From: an uncultured delta proteobacterium
GTDB lineage: Bacteria > Desulfobacterota > Binatia > UBA9968
DNA: 64,000 nt
Assembly: GCA_963816145.1 (NCBI GenBank)
Contig: CAWFJP010000031.1
Location: 288,001-352,000, forward strand
Direction: 5' to 3'
Part shown: piece by piece, positions 1 to 10,342 of the stretch
Numbering within the stretch: the first letter of the stretch is position 1
Layout of the letters: every line of letters starts with the position of its first letter
Notes under the pieces: generated by a model
Databases searched by the model: none
Seen by the model: only the letters and a program-made list of their open reading frames with translations
What the model was told of the DNA's origin: nothing
Program-made: the position numbers and the translations under genes

Positions 1-292
1 CAGTCAGCCTCAGGACTTTAAGATTACGGTTCAAACGAAGAGAAGTTTTGTCATGACTGCTCTACGCGGTTACTGACAATAAAATCCGGCCGATAGCCAC
101 GGTCGATCTATTCAAATGTCGAGAGCGCCGGCCGGGACCGGAATGGCCTAAGAAAGAGTCGCCTTGCTATCATGGCTTATATCTCCTAGGCTTGAAGGGT
201 ATCTCTACAGTCGTAGGGTTCTCCGCCGCGGTTATTTGAAATCCGTCAAATAAGCCTTCTGCTCCTCCGACCTTCACGCGAGGCTAGCGTAA

Positions 293-589
293 ATGAAGTC
301 CGACATTTCCTACAAGAACTATCGCATCCGTGGGGAATCGTTTCAGCCGACGCAAAGCAGCGGTTGGATTCCGCGCTATGTTTTACAGCGCGCCAATCCT
401 AGCGCCGGCGATTCGCCGTTTAGCCACGACCGCCTCGACAAATCCTTCGGCAGCAAATCCGAGGCCGATGACTATGCTGTGCGAGATGCCAAGAGTTGGA
501 TCGATAACTTTGGATCGGCAACCGTTGAGGTTGCATCGCCGGCAACGATAACTGGAGGTGTTTATGTCGTTAATAAACCAACTGCCTGA
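293..589 (+). CDS. Small hypothetical protein
   Basis: 98-aa ATG-initiated ORF with globular-looking composition; overlaps the start of nuoB; no family recognised with confidence. Confidence 0.45.
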   Translation: MKSDISYKNYRIRGESFQPTQSSGWIPRYVLQRANPSAGDSPFSHDRLDKSFGSKSEADDYAVRDAKSWIDNFGSATVEVASPATITGGVYVVNKPTA

Positions 590-1064
590 GACGGTGTTTA
601 CGACCAAGGTGGATGAGCTGCTCAACTGGGGGCGCGCTTCGTCGCAGTGGTACATGCTGTTCGGTCTGGCCTGTTGCGCCATTGAGCTGATGCAGACCGG
701 CGGCCCGCGCGCCGATGTCGATCGCTTCGGCGCGGTGCCGCGAGCGACGCCGCGGCAGTCCGATCTTATGATCGTCGCGGGCACTCTGACATACAAAATG
801 GCCAAGCGGACCAAGCTCCTTTATGATCAGATGCCCGACCCGAAGTATGTGATCTCGATGGGCAGCTGCTCCAATTGCGGCGGGCTTTTTCAGCTCGCCT
901 ATTCGGTCTGTAAAGGCGTGGACAAAATTATTCCGGTTGACGTTTACGTGCCCGGCTGTCCACCCCGTCCGGAGGCCCTAACCGAGGGGCTTTTGCGAAT
1001 TCAGGACAAGATTATGCGGGAGAAATGGCTGGTCAAAGACACGCCGGTGCCAGTTCCGGTCTAG
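564..1064 (+). CDS. nuoB: NADH-quinone oxidoreductase subunit B (orphan copy)
   Basis: [14 protein letters not shown] and [13 protein letters not shown]2-cluster motifs; GGAGG RBS before ATG 564. Confidence 0.93.
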   Translation: MSLINQLPETVFTTKVDELLNWGRASSQWYMLFGLACCAIELMQTGGPRADVDRFGAVPRATPRQSDLMIVAGTLTYKMAKRTKLLYDQMPDPKYVISMGSCSNCGGLFQLAYSVCKGVDKIIPVDVYVPGCPPRPEALTEGLLRIQDKIMREKWLVKDTPVPVPV

Positions 1065-1110
1065 GGAGTAACGCCGCCAACGTCGGCGCGTCGTCGCTGC
1101 GCTCCCAACG

Positions 1111-1353
1111 ATGATCGTATTTGTGAATACCAAACCGCTAATCCATGCCGGTATCGCTTTAATCCTTCTCGGCGTCGTGGCTTTTACTTACCAAGGGAGC
1201 GATGGCCCAGTCCAAGATCCTGCACTTGCGATTGGTTCACTGCCCGCACGCTTCGCGATCAACCGGATCATGCCGTTACCGCCGCTGGTCGCGGGTCTGG
1301 TGCTGCTAAGTGGAATCTTATTGATGGTGGTCGGCATTAAAAAATCGTCGTAG
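1111..1353 (+). CDS. Two-TM small membrane protein, DUF3185-like (paralog 1 of 3)
   Basis: KPLIHAGIALILLGVVAFTY...PLPPLVAGLVLLSG...KKSS matches ORFs at 38847 and 44647; true start may be GTG 1123. Confidence 0.6.
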   Translation: MIVFVNTKPLIHAGIALILLGVVAFTYQGSDGPVQDPALAIGSLPARFAINRIMPLPPLVAGLVLLSGILLMVVGIKKSS

Positions 1354-1646
1354 TCGTGTGCGAAGGGGTACATCAAGGCGGCAAATCCTGGATTGTTTCC
1401 GAGCACAGCGCCAGCGTTTTTCTCGGGCAAATTGGTTCAAAATTGAACTGCGCGTTTTCCGAGCCGGATGTAGCCTCTCGTCAAATAAGAGAGAGCTATC
1501 ATGAGCTTGAAATTTTTAACTCCACAGACCCTGTTTCTCAACGCATTCCGGCGCCGGCTTGGTGCGCATGCTGAAAGAAAAACAATCCGCGGGTTAACCC
1601 ACCTTGGGGGCATGGTCATGCGCCATATCGTTATCAGGTTCGGTGG

Positions 1647-3770
1647 ATGACGGAGAAAGTTCTATTATCTATGAAATTATCGATTGAGAAATTCACAAGC
1701 CGAATTGTGCCAGCTCAATCCGACCGGCAATTTGCCCAAACTCCGGGCGATGCGGAGCCAGGAAAACGGATGGCGGATTTCTTCGCCGACCTTCGTGTCC
1801 GTTACCATGAGAAGAAACAGAAGGAGTCGCCGAATGATAAAAAAATCCGCTTGGCGCCGATTTGGTATTTTCTTGCCTTGATGGCAATTGTAGTGGTGAT
1901 GCAACACCTGTTTGTCGGTGCCCATATCGAGATGATCAGCTATAGCCAATTCAAATCCCTGGTCAAAAATGACTTGGTCAACGATCTGGTTATTCATGAA
2001 ACGGTCATCGAGGGAAATCTAAAGGGAGCGGCGCTCAAGGTGATTCTTACGCCGGACAAACTGAAGGAGATATCTCCCGAAGTTCTTGCCGGCAAAACCC
2101 TCGTTCCCTTTGAAACGGTAAGAGTCGCGGACCCCGGTCTGACCGCTGAACTCGAAGCGGCGAAGGTTCCTTTCAAAGGGGAAGTTACCAGTAGTTGGCT
2201 ACCGACCCTTTTGTCGTGGATTGTTCCCGCGGCACTGTTCTTTCTGATCTGGAGCTATCTCGGCAAAAAGATGGGTTCGGCGAGCGGCGGCTTGATGCAG
2301 ATCGGTAAAAGCAAGGCGAAAGTCTACATCGAAAAAAAGACCGGTGTTACCTTTGCCGACGTTGCCGGCATCGACGAAGCTGAAGAAGAAGTCGCTGAAG
2401 TTGTCGGATTTCTAAAGGACCCGACCAAATATCAAAGATTGGGTGGACATATTCCCAAGGGTGTTTTGATCGTCGGCCCGCCAGGGACGGGGAAAACTTT
2501 GCTCGCCCGCGCCGTCGCCGGCGAAGCTGGGGTGCCGTTCTTTAGTTTGACGGGTTCTGACTTTGTCGAGATGTTTGTCGGCGTTGGCGCGGCACGGGTG
2601 AGAGATCTGTTTGCTCAAGCGGTGAAGAATGCGCCGAGCATCATATTCATCGATGAGCTCGACGCCATCGGTAAAGCTCGCGGCGTGAGCATGCTCACGG
2701 GCAATGACGAGCGCGAGCAAACCCTCAATCAGCTCTTGGCCGAAATGGACGGCTTCGATCCCAATCAAGGCGTCATCATCATGGCCGCCACCAACCGGCC
2801 GGAAATCCTCGATGCCGCGCTGCTCCGTCCCGGCCGCTTCGACCGGCAAATTCTGGTGGATCGTCCCGACATCAAAGGACGGACCAAGATTCTCGAACTT
2901 CACGCTAAAAAGGTGAAGCTCTCAGCGGCTATCGATCTCGCGATCGTCGCGGCTAAGACCCCTGGTTTTGTTGGCGCCGATCTCGCCAACATCGTCAACG
3001 AGGCGGCGTTACTAGCGGCGCGCCAGGATAAACAGTCGATCGACATGACGGAGTTCGACGAGGCGATCGAACGGGTGGTTGCAGGATTACAAAAGAAGAG
3101 CCATGTCATCAATCCGAAAGAGAAGAAAATCGTCGCCTATCATGAATCCGGCCACGCCCTGATGGCCGAGCTTGTCCCAGGTGCGGACCCCCTCGGCAAG
3201 ATCTCGATTATCCCGAGAGGCATCGCCGCGCTGGGTTACACAACCCAACTGCCGACCGAAGACCGTTACTTGATGACCCGTTCCGAGTTGCTCGCGCGGA
3301 TCAATGTTCTTTTGGGCGGCAGAGTCGCCGAGGAGATCGTTTTCGGCGATGTGTCGACCGGGGCGCAGAACGACTTACAGCGCGCCACAGAAATTGCCCG
3401 CACGATGATTACCCAATTCGGCATGAATGAAAAACTTGGCCTTGCTGCTCTCGAAGGGCCGCGTCACGCAACGTTCCTTCTGGTTCCGACGCAGAGTGCC
3501 AGAGAGTATAGCGAAGAAACCGCCCGGCAGATCGATGAAGAGGTGAAGCAGATCTTAGCAGATGCCCATGGCAAAGCACGGGATATCCTGGTTGCCTACC
3601 GCCCGGCGCTGGAGGAACTGGCCAAGCTGCTGTTGGAAAAAGAAGTCGTCGACCGGCCGGCGTTGCAGGCGATACTAAAGGTGCGGAGCATTGACAGTTT
3701 GAAAGACAAGAAGCGCGCGGTGGACACCGTGGGACCTGAGGGCAACCGATTCAACACCGACTGGGAATAA
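1647..3770 (+). CDS. ftsH: ATP-dependent zinc metalloprotease FtsH
   Basis: Two N-terminal TM segments, Walker A GPPGTGKT, Walker [35 protein letters not shown] zinc motif; start uncertain (1647-1770). Confidence 0.95.
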   Translation: MTEKVLLSMKLSIEKFTSRIVPAQSDRQFAQTPGDAEPGKRMADFFADLRVRYHEKKQKESPNDKKIRLAPIWYFLALMAIVVVMQHLFVGAHIEMISYSQFKSLVKNDLVNDLVIHETVIEGNLKGAALKVILTPDKLKEISPEVLAGKTLVPFETVRVADPGLTAELEAAKVPFKGEVTSSWLPTLLSWIVPAALFFLIWSYLGKKMGSASGGLMQIGKSKAKVYIEKKTGVTFADVAGIDEAEEEVAEVVGFLKDPTKYQRLGGHIPKGVLIVGPPGTGKTLLARAVAGEAGVPFFSLTGSDFVEMFVGVGAARVRDLFAQAVKNAPSIIFIDELDAIGKARGVSMLTGNDEREQTLNQLLAEMDGFDPNQGVIIMAATNRPEILDAALLRPGRFDRQILVDRPDIKGRTKILELHAKKVKLSAAIDLAIVAAKTPGFVGADLANIVNEAALLAARQDKQSIDMTEFDEAIERVVAGLQKKSHVINPKEKKIVAYHESGHALMAELVPGADPLGKISIIPRGIAALGYTTQLPTEDRYLMTRSELLARINVLLGGRVAEEIVFGDVSTGAQNDLQRATEIARTMITQFGMNEKLGLAALEGPRHATFLLVPTQSAREYSEETARQIDEEVKQILADAHGKARDILVAYRPALEELAKLLLEKEVVDRPALQAILKVRSIDSLKDKKRAVDTVGPEGNRFNTDWE

Positions 3771-3821
3771 CCGACGGTGCCAGCCAGGTGAACGAGGCGA
3801 GGCATCGATTAGGACTGCGAT

Positions 3822-4172
3822 ATGAAAAATGAAACCAAGCGTCCGGGCGAAAGTCCCGAGTTCGACGAGCGGGCCAATGAAGACGGTTATTTTGCCAACA
3901 AAGAACATGAACTGATCGAAGATATGCGGCTCAAGTTTCAAAAAGCCAAAGCGGCGCGGCGTGATGCGAAGATGGCGACTTGCCCGAAATGTTCGGGAAA
4001 GTTCCAAAAGTACCCGCTCCTGGGGTGCATCGTAGAGCGCTGTGAAACCTGCGAAGGCATTTGGCTTAATAAGGGCGAGCTTGACGCCATATTGCGCCAG
4101 CAGGCGCGCGGTCCACTGGCGCTTTTCCTCGATCGCTGTTTTGGCAAAAATCAAACACCGAAGACCCACTAA
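3822..4172 (+). CDS. zf-TFIIB zinc-ribbon domain protein
   Basis: CPKC...CETCEGIWLNKGEL motif; AGGA RBS. Confidence 0.8.
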   Translation: MKNETKRPGESPEFDERANEDGYFANKEHELIEDMRLKFQKAKAARRDAKMATCPKCSGKFQKYPLLGCIVERCETCEGIWLNKGELDAILRQQARGPLALFLDRCFGKNQTPKTH

Positions 4173-4265
4173 AAAGGGACGCTAACATTTCAGTAAGCGC
4201 AAGCGCGAATCCCGCTGTCTAAGTTCATGCTGGCCTCAACTCCAATTCTTCATTAAAATAACCGG

Positions 4266-5978
4266 ATGAGCGAATTTATTACTCCCTCGGCTGCGTTTCT
4301 CAATTACGCGCCAGTTCCCTTGGCCTTCGGCACCAGCGGCTTGCGCGGCCTAGTGAAGGACATCACCGATCTCGAAGCTTATATCAATGTCAAAGGCGCC
4401 CTCGGTTACTTGATGAGCGGCGGCGATATTCGCGCCAACAGCACCGTGGTCATCGCCGGCGACCTGCGGCCGAGCACCGACCGGATTATGCGGGCATGTG
4501 CGCAAGCGATCCTAGACTCGGGCTGCCGGGTGGAAAACGCCGGCAAGATTCCCACGCCGGCGTTGATCGCGCACGCGATCGCGAAACGCAGCGCCGGAGT
4601 GATGGTGACCGGCAGCCATATTCCCTTCGACCGCAACGGCATCAAGATGAATAAAAGCGTTGGCGAAGTGTTGAAATCCGACGAGGCTGGTATCTTCCGC
4701 GATGTCGAACGGGTGCGCGCCGAAGAGTACAGCCGAAGCGCCGCCATATCGCCGTTCGATGCTTGCGGCATGCTCAAGCGCGCGCCGGAGTTGCCGCCGC
4801 TCGATGGCGCCGCTGAACAAGCCTACTTGCGCCGCTACGTGGATAGCTTCGCCCGTGGCGGCCTTTCCGGCCTACGGATTCTCGTCTACCAGCATTCCGC
4901 CGTCGGCCGCGATCTACTGCCGCGTATTTTGCGCGAGATGGGCGCCGAAGTCGTCACCGCGGGACGCAGCGAGACGTTCCTTCCTATCGATACTGAAAAT
5001 ATTACTGATGAACAGTTAAAGTGCTTGGAAGAGTTGGCCGTCGCCGCCGAAACCGGCGGCCCGCCGATTTCAGCTATCGTTTCCACTGACGGCGATTCCG
5101 ACCGGCCGTTGGTGACCGCTGTGCTGCCGGCTGCCGAAGTTGCGCCGGGGGCGCGGCGCGTGCGCTTCTTGCCCGGCGATCTGCTTGGAGTTGTGGTTGC
5201 CGAGTACCTGCGCGCCGATGCGGCGGCGGTGCCGATCAGCGCCAACGATGCTGTTGAACGCCGCTTGGGTGAACGCAGGATCATGTTGGCCAAGACCCAA
5301 ATCGGTTCGCCGTACGTGGTCGCCGCGCTCGATGATTTGCGCGCCACCGCCAAGCGCCAGCGCATTGTCGGCTGGGAAGCCAACGGCGGATTTTTGACCG
5401 GCAGCGATATCGAATTGAACGGCGCCACCTTGGCGGCGCTGCCGACCCGCGACGCGCTGCTGCCGATCCTGGCAAATTTATTCGCCTCGGTGGAGCAGGG
5501 TGTGAGTTTGGCGGCGCTGTGGGAGCGTCTGCCGGCGCGCTTTGGCCGGGCCGGTTTGCTCGATGATTTCCCGGTGGCGGCTAGCCAAGCGATTCTCGCT
5601 AAATTCATTCCACCTGGTGATGCCATCGAAGTCGAGTTCGATTTTGCAGATGGAGTTTTCGATCGCAGCCGCGCCGATGGCAGTCGCACGCCGCTTGCCG
5701 GATCGGCAGCCAACGATTGGCAGCGTTGCCAAGCAACGTTATCACGCTTCTTCACGCCGGACCTTGGCTTCGACGCCATCGCCAGAGTCAACGTGCTTGA
5801 CGGTGTGCGCATCTATTTCCGCAACGGCGATATCGCGCATATCCGGCCGTCGGGAAATGCGCCGCAGCTGCGCATCTATGCGGTCAGCGCGTCGCAGGCG
5901 CGCACGGATCGCATCGTCGAGTTAGCCCTTGACGAGCCCGACGGGATCTTGCGCCGGCTCGAACGCGCCTTTACATAA
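4266..5978 (+). CDS. Phosphomannomutase-family phosphohexomutase
   Basis: FGTSGLRG, TGSHIP catalytic Ser, DGDSDR metal loop, GWEANGG, RPSGNAP. Confidence 0.88.
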   Translation: MSEFITPSAAFLNYAPVPLAFGTSGLRGLVKDITDLEAYINVKGALGYLMSGGDIRANSTVVIAGDLRPSTDRIMRACAQAILDSGCRVENAGKIPTPALIAHAIAKRSAGVMVTGSHIPFDRNGIKMNKSVGEVLKSDEAGIFRDVERVRAEEYSRSAAISPFDACGMLKRAPELPPLDGAAEQAYLRRYVDSFARGGLSGLRILVYQHSAVGRDLLPRILREMGAEVVTAGRSETFLPIDTENITDEQLKCLEELAVAAETGGPPISAIVSTDGDSDRPLVTAVLPAAEVAPGARRVRFLPGDLLGVVVAEYLRADAAAVPISANDAVERRLGERRIMLAKTQIGSPYVVAALDDLRATAKRQRIVGWEANGGFLTGSDIELNGATLAALPTRDALLPILANLFASVEQGVSLAALWERLPARFGRAGLLDDFPVAASQAILAKFIPPGDAIEVEFDFADGVFDRSRADGSRTPLAGSAANDWQRCQATLSRFFTPDLGFDAIARVNVLDGVRIYFRNGDIAHIRPSGNAPQLRIYAVSASQARTDRIVELALDEPDGILRRLERAFT

Positions 5979-6012
5979 ACAGTGGTGCGCCGCGGCAAAA
6001 ATTTTTGCGATG

Positions 6013-6055
6013 CGTCTAATATTAGACATTAATCCATCACCAGTCCGTGTAAGCT
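6013..6055 (+). promoter_or_regulatory. CRP-like dyad CGTCT-AATATT-AGACA plus -10 TAAGCT (21-bp gap)
   Basis: Member of the 10-copy motif family; class II geometry; precedes the 6162 ORF. Confidence 0.7.
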
Positions 6056-6161
6056 CATCAGTTCCAGTTAAGCCAGTATCGGCCATCGGCGTTTACCTGA
6101 AATTCTTCAAGTAAGCCTGCTTTTGTATTTTCTTTTAACCGGTCCAACCGAGGAGGTTCCA

Positions 6162-6482
6162 ATGTTTAGCCGAAACGTGAGTTACAAGCTCAAGGCCAAA
6201 AGTGCGGCGGAGTTTACCCGCATTGTCGAAGGAGAAGTCATTCCCTTGCTGCGGCGGCAAAAAGGATTCGACGATGCAATCAGTTTCATCGCGCCGGAGC
6301 GCAATGAAGCGATCACGATCAGCCTGTGGGACAAAAAAGAAGACGCGGAGGCCCATATCGCGAAGACCTATCCGGAGATATTAAGGGCTCTTTCGAGCGT
6401 AGTCGAAGGCTCTCCTAAGGTGGAGTCCTTCGAGATCAGCAACTCGACCTCGCACCAGATCGCCGCCAGCCCGGTCAATTAG
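6162..6482 (+). CDS. ABM/dimeric alpha-beta barrel-like small protein
   Basis: GAGGAGG RBS; LRRQKGF...ISLWDKKEDAEA pattern typical of ABM-fold proteins. Confidence 0.7.
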   Translation: MFSRNVSYKLKAKSAAEFTRIVEGEVIPLLRRQKGFDDAISFIAPERNEAITISLWDKKEDAEAHIAKTYPEILRALSSVVEGSPKVESFEISNSTSHQIAASPVN

Positions 6483-6488
6483 ACTGTG

Positions 6489-6531
6489 ATGGCGGTTCGG
6501 CGATGGGGCGACTCCCTTGCCGGACCGCCAT
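6489..6531 (+). terminator. GC-rich hairpin after the 6162-6482 gene
   Basis: ATGGCGGTTCGGCGA pairs with TTGCCGGACCGCCAT; only a weak U-tract follows. Confidence 0.45.
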
Positions 6532-6645
6532 GACTTTCGGTGTGGCGCGCTGCTGATCGCGCGTTGCGCTGTCCTGCAGCTCTGTTCGCGCCGATGATGT
6601 CACGCTACCTGGACTTAGCACGCACCAAGAGGTACTGTCACGACG

Positions 6646-6681
6646 CATGGGGGGGGCGCGAGTGTCTCGCGCTCCCCCATG
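6646..6681. repeat. Inverted repeat upstream of CRP-like gene 1
   Basis: CATGGGGGGGGCGCGAG-TGT-CTCGCGCTCCCCCATG. Confidence 0.55.
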
Positions 6682-6750
6682 ACTGACTGACCAAGCCCTT
6701 GGTTAAATCGACTGTTACCTTAGCATCGTGGGCTTCGAAATGGAGACACG

Positions 6751-7434
6751 ATGGCGATTCAACAAACACCCCAATCAGACCTGTTCAAGCAACAACTGCG
6801 CGAATCCTTGCATCGCGAGACGGCAAATAGTCGTGCCATCAAGATTGCCCGGCACGCCAACGTTTACACCTGCGGCGATCGCGACGAGATGGTGTATTTC
6901 GTCGAGAGCGGCCAGGTCAAACTGCTCATGTTGTCTTCCGAGGGGAGGGAGTGCCTCCTGGCGATTCATAGCGCGGGCGATATCTTCGGCGAGCTTTGTC
7001 TTTCCGGTTTAGGCGCGCGTTTGGAAACCGCTACGGCGATGAAGGCGACGACGCTCAAACAGATTCCCTGCTCGCAGTTCTTCGTGCGTCTTAGCCGCGA
7101 CTTGCTGTTCGAGGGGTTTGTGCGCTACTTGGCGGTGCGGATCGCCGACCAGCAGCAGATCATCGCCAATCTTGTGACCGTGGATAGCGAGCAGCGGCTG
7201 GGCCAGACGTTGTTGCAGTTGGCTCGCACCATGGGCAAGAAAGATCCGCGCAGCATCCGAATCGAGCTCAAGATCACCCATGAAGAACTCTCCGAGATGG
7301 TCGGCACGACGCGGCCGCGCATTAGCCTGTTCATGCAACGATTTCACAATCTGGGTCTGATCGAGACCAACAAGGACCGCTTTTTCATCATCAAAGAAAA
7401 GAAACTCACCGACTACCTGGAGCAGATTGCCTAG
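6751..7434 (+). CDS. CRP/FNR-family transcriptional regulator (paralog 1)
   Basis: cNMP-binding barrel (ESGQVKL...GDIFGELCL), C-helix, HTH THEELSEMVGTTRPRIS. Confidence 0.93.
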   Translation: MAIQQTPQSDLFKQQLRESLHRETANSRAIKIARHANVYTCGDRDEMVYFVESGQVKLLMLSSEGRECLLAIHSAGDIFGELCLSGLGARLETATAMKATTLKQIPCSQFFVRLSRDLLFEGFVRYLAVRIADQQQIIANLVTVDSEQRLGQTLLQLARTMGKKDPRSIRIELKITHEELSEMVGTTRPRISLFMQRFHNLGLIETNKDRFFIIKEKKLTDYLEQIA

Positions 7435-7582
7435 AATTTTTCGGCGGTTTGACTCGACTTGCCACCGGGCGAATAGGCGCGGATCATGCATTCGCTCGCT
7501 TTGCATTGAGTTCGTTAAAGGAAAACTTTCAGGTTAGCCAGCTACTGCATGTAGCAAGGCCCGACGCGGGATGCTGCTAGCC

Positions 7583-7756
7583 CTATGACTGTGGATCTTT
7601 TTGTCGGGTTGCCGTCACTCCATGGACGATCGCTATGCCGACCAAACAGAGAATGGCCACGCCGATCCACTGCATCGGCACGTTGAGTATATTGGCTCCG
7701 ATCGCCAGGCCGGCGATCAGTATGATGTATCCGACAAGATAGATTCCAAATGACAT
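7583..7756 (-). CDS. 57-aa two-TM membrane microprotein (not in ORF track)
   Basis: Hand translation MSFGIYLVGYIILIAGLAIGANILNVPMQWIGVAILCLVGIAIVHGVTATRQKDPQS; AAGGAG RBS; own motif-bearing promoter. Confidence 0.8.
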   Translation of the reverse strand: MSFGIYLVGYIILIAGLAIGANILNVPMQWIGVAILCLVGIAIVHGVTATRQKDPQS

Positions 7757-7818
7757 CGCAATTTCTCCTTGGTTCTTACTTCTGACTTGTCCCCGAAAAT
7801 GTGATTTTCAGGATTATG

Positions 7819-7861
7819 AGCATATAAAGGCCCGCTAAGCCTTGATGTTCACTATGAGACA
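7819..7861 (-). promoter_or_regulatory. CRP-like dyad TGTCT-CATAGT-GAACA plus -10 TATGCT (21-bp gap)
   Basis: Motif family member oriented toward the 7756 microprotein. Confidence 0.7.
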
Positions 7862-7918
7862 ATTCGAAAAGAAATAACCCGCCGCACGCGGCAGGATGCT
7901 TCGGCGGGGAAGGGGAGG

Positions 7919-8551
7919 CTAAGTTTTCCCCTGCTTCTCGAAGGTCTGCAAAGTCTCTACGATCTCGCGGCTCAGCTCCCCGACGGTTTCGCTCAAGGCC
8001 TTGACGAAGTCTTCAGTGGCTAGTGACGCGGCACGCCGATGCAGTTGCGATCTTTGGCCGACCATAATCTTTTTGTTTCTATCGATCACGGTCCAGCGCG
8101 CCGTCAGCAAAGCCTCCTGATTACTGCTGGCCTCGAATTGGAGCACCTCGATTTTCACCTGATAATCCGGCGCGTCATGACTCTGCCAGGGGAATTGGAT
8201 GACTCGCGCGGGGTTAAGAAGATGGGAAATGTTTTGCTCTAAAACGCGACTGAAGCTTTCGCTCAGCGGCGCGGCCCAACGGTCGTTCTCGGAATAGCTT
8301 AATCGATTCGTCGACGTGCGTGTGGCGATCTGTTGGCGGTCGAGATAACCGGGCAATTCAATGGGGCCAAGGCCTACGGAAAAATGAGCTTTGATGCCGA
8401 CTGTGTTCTTGTCTGCCGCCAACTCCGCCTCGGGGAGAGCCCCGAGGATATAGAAACTTGACGGATCGGCTCTCGGCGCAAAGGTGGCACAACTTTCAAA
8501 CGAAACCCAGGTGGCGACGATCGCCAGAATCTTGCTCACCCGCCCGCTCAT
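7919..8551 (-). CDS. PqiC-family ABC auxiliary lipoprotein
   Basis: Lipobox-like Cys, LPGYLDRQQI and WAAPL motifs; ATGA overlap with the MlaD gene. Confidence 0.85.
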   Translation of the reverse strand: MSGRVSKILAIVATWVSFESCATFAPRADPSSFYILGALPEAELAADKNTVGIKAHFSVGLGPIELPGYLDRQQIATRTSTNRLSYSENDRWAAPLSESFSRVLEQNISHLLNPARVIQFPWQSHDAPDYQVKIEVLQFEASSNQEALLTARWTVIDRNKKIMVGQRSQLHRRAASLATEDFVKALSETVGELSREIVETLQTFEKQGKT

Positions 8552-9555
8552 GGTTTTTTCTCGCTTTCCGGCCTACCGAACAACAGTGCCCGAGGATCTC
8601 GTTCAAGAAAATCGGCCATCAACCGGAGCGACCGCGCTGCCCCGGAAAGCTCTTTCAAAGCTTTGGTCAATTCATAAGCGGTCGGCGAGTTGGGATCGAC
8701 GAAGCCGTCCACGTTTGCCACGGTGACCTGGATCTGCTTGACCGCATCGCGAACGCCAGTCAGCGTCTCTTTCAAATCGGTCGAGAGCGTGGCCACGCTG
8801 CGATCGAGACTGCCGGCAACCTTTTGCACGCCGTCCGCGGCTTGGCTAATTCGCCGCACGGTTTCATCAAGTGATCGGACGGCCGCATGCAACTCGGGCT
8901 TATTGACCAAATGATTGACCCCGGCAATGGCTTCCCGCAGATCTTTGTTATTCGCCAGCCCCTCAAAATTCTTCACGGCGTCAGCAACGGAGGTAAGCAG
9001 CGCTTTGAAATCAATTTCATCGAGCTTGGTAATCAGCTGTCCGAGGATGTCCTGGGCTTTTTGAAGTGTTGTCGGGATGGTCGGGATTTCCTGGTACCGC
9101 GAGCCCGGCGGCTGAACGAACTTTGCCGGGCTGTCAGGAACGAGATCGAGCGCGACGAACAGCACGCCCGTAACGATACTTTCCGTCTGCAATTGAGCGC
9201 GTAGGCCTCGGTCAATTGCGGCTTTGAGCCCGGCCGCGTGTGTCAGACTACCGCCGACTCCTCTGCTGCCGCTGATCTTGGCGGCATCTAGGTCAATGAT
9301 CACGGGAATTCGGTTGACCTCCGCACCGTCATCGAGCTGCAATAGGATATTGGTAATGGTGCCGATTTCGACACCCTTGTATTTCACTGGCGCGCCTTCT
9401 CTTAGGCCGCTTACTGAGCCTTCGAAATAGAGTACGAACTCGTAGGTTTTGCGGAACAGCCGCCCCGAGCCGATGATCGTAACCGCGCCAATAAGCAAAA
9501 CGATAGCGCCGACCACGAAGGCGCCGATGAGCGTAGGATTGGCTTTTTTACTCAC
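8548..9555 (-). CDS. MlaD/MCE-domain protein
   Basis: N-terminal TM, SVSGLREGAPVKYKGVEIG MCE motif, helical C-terminus. Confidence 0.9.
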   Translation of the reverse strand: MSKKANPTLIGAFVVGAIVLLIGAVTIIGSGRLFRKTYEFVLYFEGSVSGLREGAPVKYKGVEIGTITNILLQLDDGAEVNRIPVIIDLDAAKISGSRGVGGSLTHAAGLKAAIDRGLRAQLQTESIVTGVLFVALDLVPDSPAKFVQPPGSRYQEIPTIPTTLQKAQDILGQLITKLDEIDFKALLTSVADAVKNFEGLANNKDLREAIAGVNHLVNKPELHAAVRSLDETVRRISQAADGVQKVAGSLDRSVATLSTDLKETLTGVRDAVKQIQVTVANVDGFVDPNSPTAYELTKALKELSGAARSLRLMADFLERDPRALLFGRPESEKKP

Positions 9556-10336
9556 CAGGCCGCCCTTCTCCGCGGGTGAGAAATTCTCGCACCTTGGGGT
9601 TCTGACTGTGGGCTAGGAGATCCTTGGGGTCGCCGCCGGCAATCGCCGTCTTAGTTTCAGCATCGAGAAAAATACTGTTATTACCGATGGCAAAAATACT
9701 CGGCAACTCGTGCGTGACCGCAACCACCGTCGCCCCCAAGCTATCACGCAATGCCAAGATCAGATCGTCGAGCCGGCGCGAATTGATGGGATCGAGCCCT
9801 GCCGAAGGTTCATCAATGAAAAGCACCTCCGGGTCGAGCGCGATGGCGCGCGCCAATCCCAAGCGCTTTTGCATGCCGCCGCTGATCTGCGAAGGATAAT
9901 AGTCTTCAAAGCCATTAAGGCCGACCAGCGCGAGCTTGAAAGTCGCGATCTCGCGGATCTCGGCCGGGCCGAGATCGGTGTATTCTTCGAGCGGCAGTGC
10001 GACGTTTTCAGCAAGAGTCATGGAACTCCAAAGGCCGCCGCTCTGATACAGGACGCCGAAGCGGCGAAAAAAACTCCGCCGCTCTTCGGCACTCGAGCGG
10101 GTAAAATTTGCTTTTTCGTAGAATACTTCCCCGTCGCTCGGTTCGATGAGACCGATCATGTTGCGCAGCAACGTGCTTTTGCCACAGCCACTGCCGCCCA
10201 TGATGATAAACACGTCACCGCGCTTGACCGTAAAGTTGAGATCGCGCATCAAGACGATGGAGCCGTAACCAAGAGTAAGGTTGCGCACGGTAATTTTCGC
10301 ATCGGCGGCAATCTCGTTTGAAGTTTCACTGTTCAT
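9548..10336 (-). CDS. MlaF-like ABC ATPase
   Basis: GGSGCGKST, ISGGMQKR, DEPSAGLDP, VTHE. Confidence 0.92.
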   Translation of the reverse strand: MNSETSNEIAADAKITVRNLTLGYGSIVLMRDLNFTVKRGDVFIIMGGSGCGKSTLLRNMIGLIEPSDGEVFYEKANFTRSSAEERRSFFRRFGVLYQSGGLWSSMTLAENVALPLEEYTDLGPAEIREIATFKLALVGLNGFEDYYPSQISGGMQKRLGLARAIALDPEVLFIDEPSAGLDPINSRRLDDLILALRDSLGATVVAVTHELPSIFAIGNNSIFLDAETKTAIAGGDPKDLLAHSQNPKVREFLTRGEGRPGE

Positions 10337-10342
10337 CTCACA

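Noticed and set aside
4216-4231. TGTCT half-site upstream of the phosphomannomutase gene
   Set aside because: The second half-site (ATGCT) does not match; TAAAAT lies at 22 bp; insufficient support.
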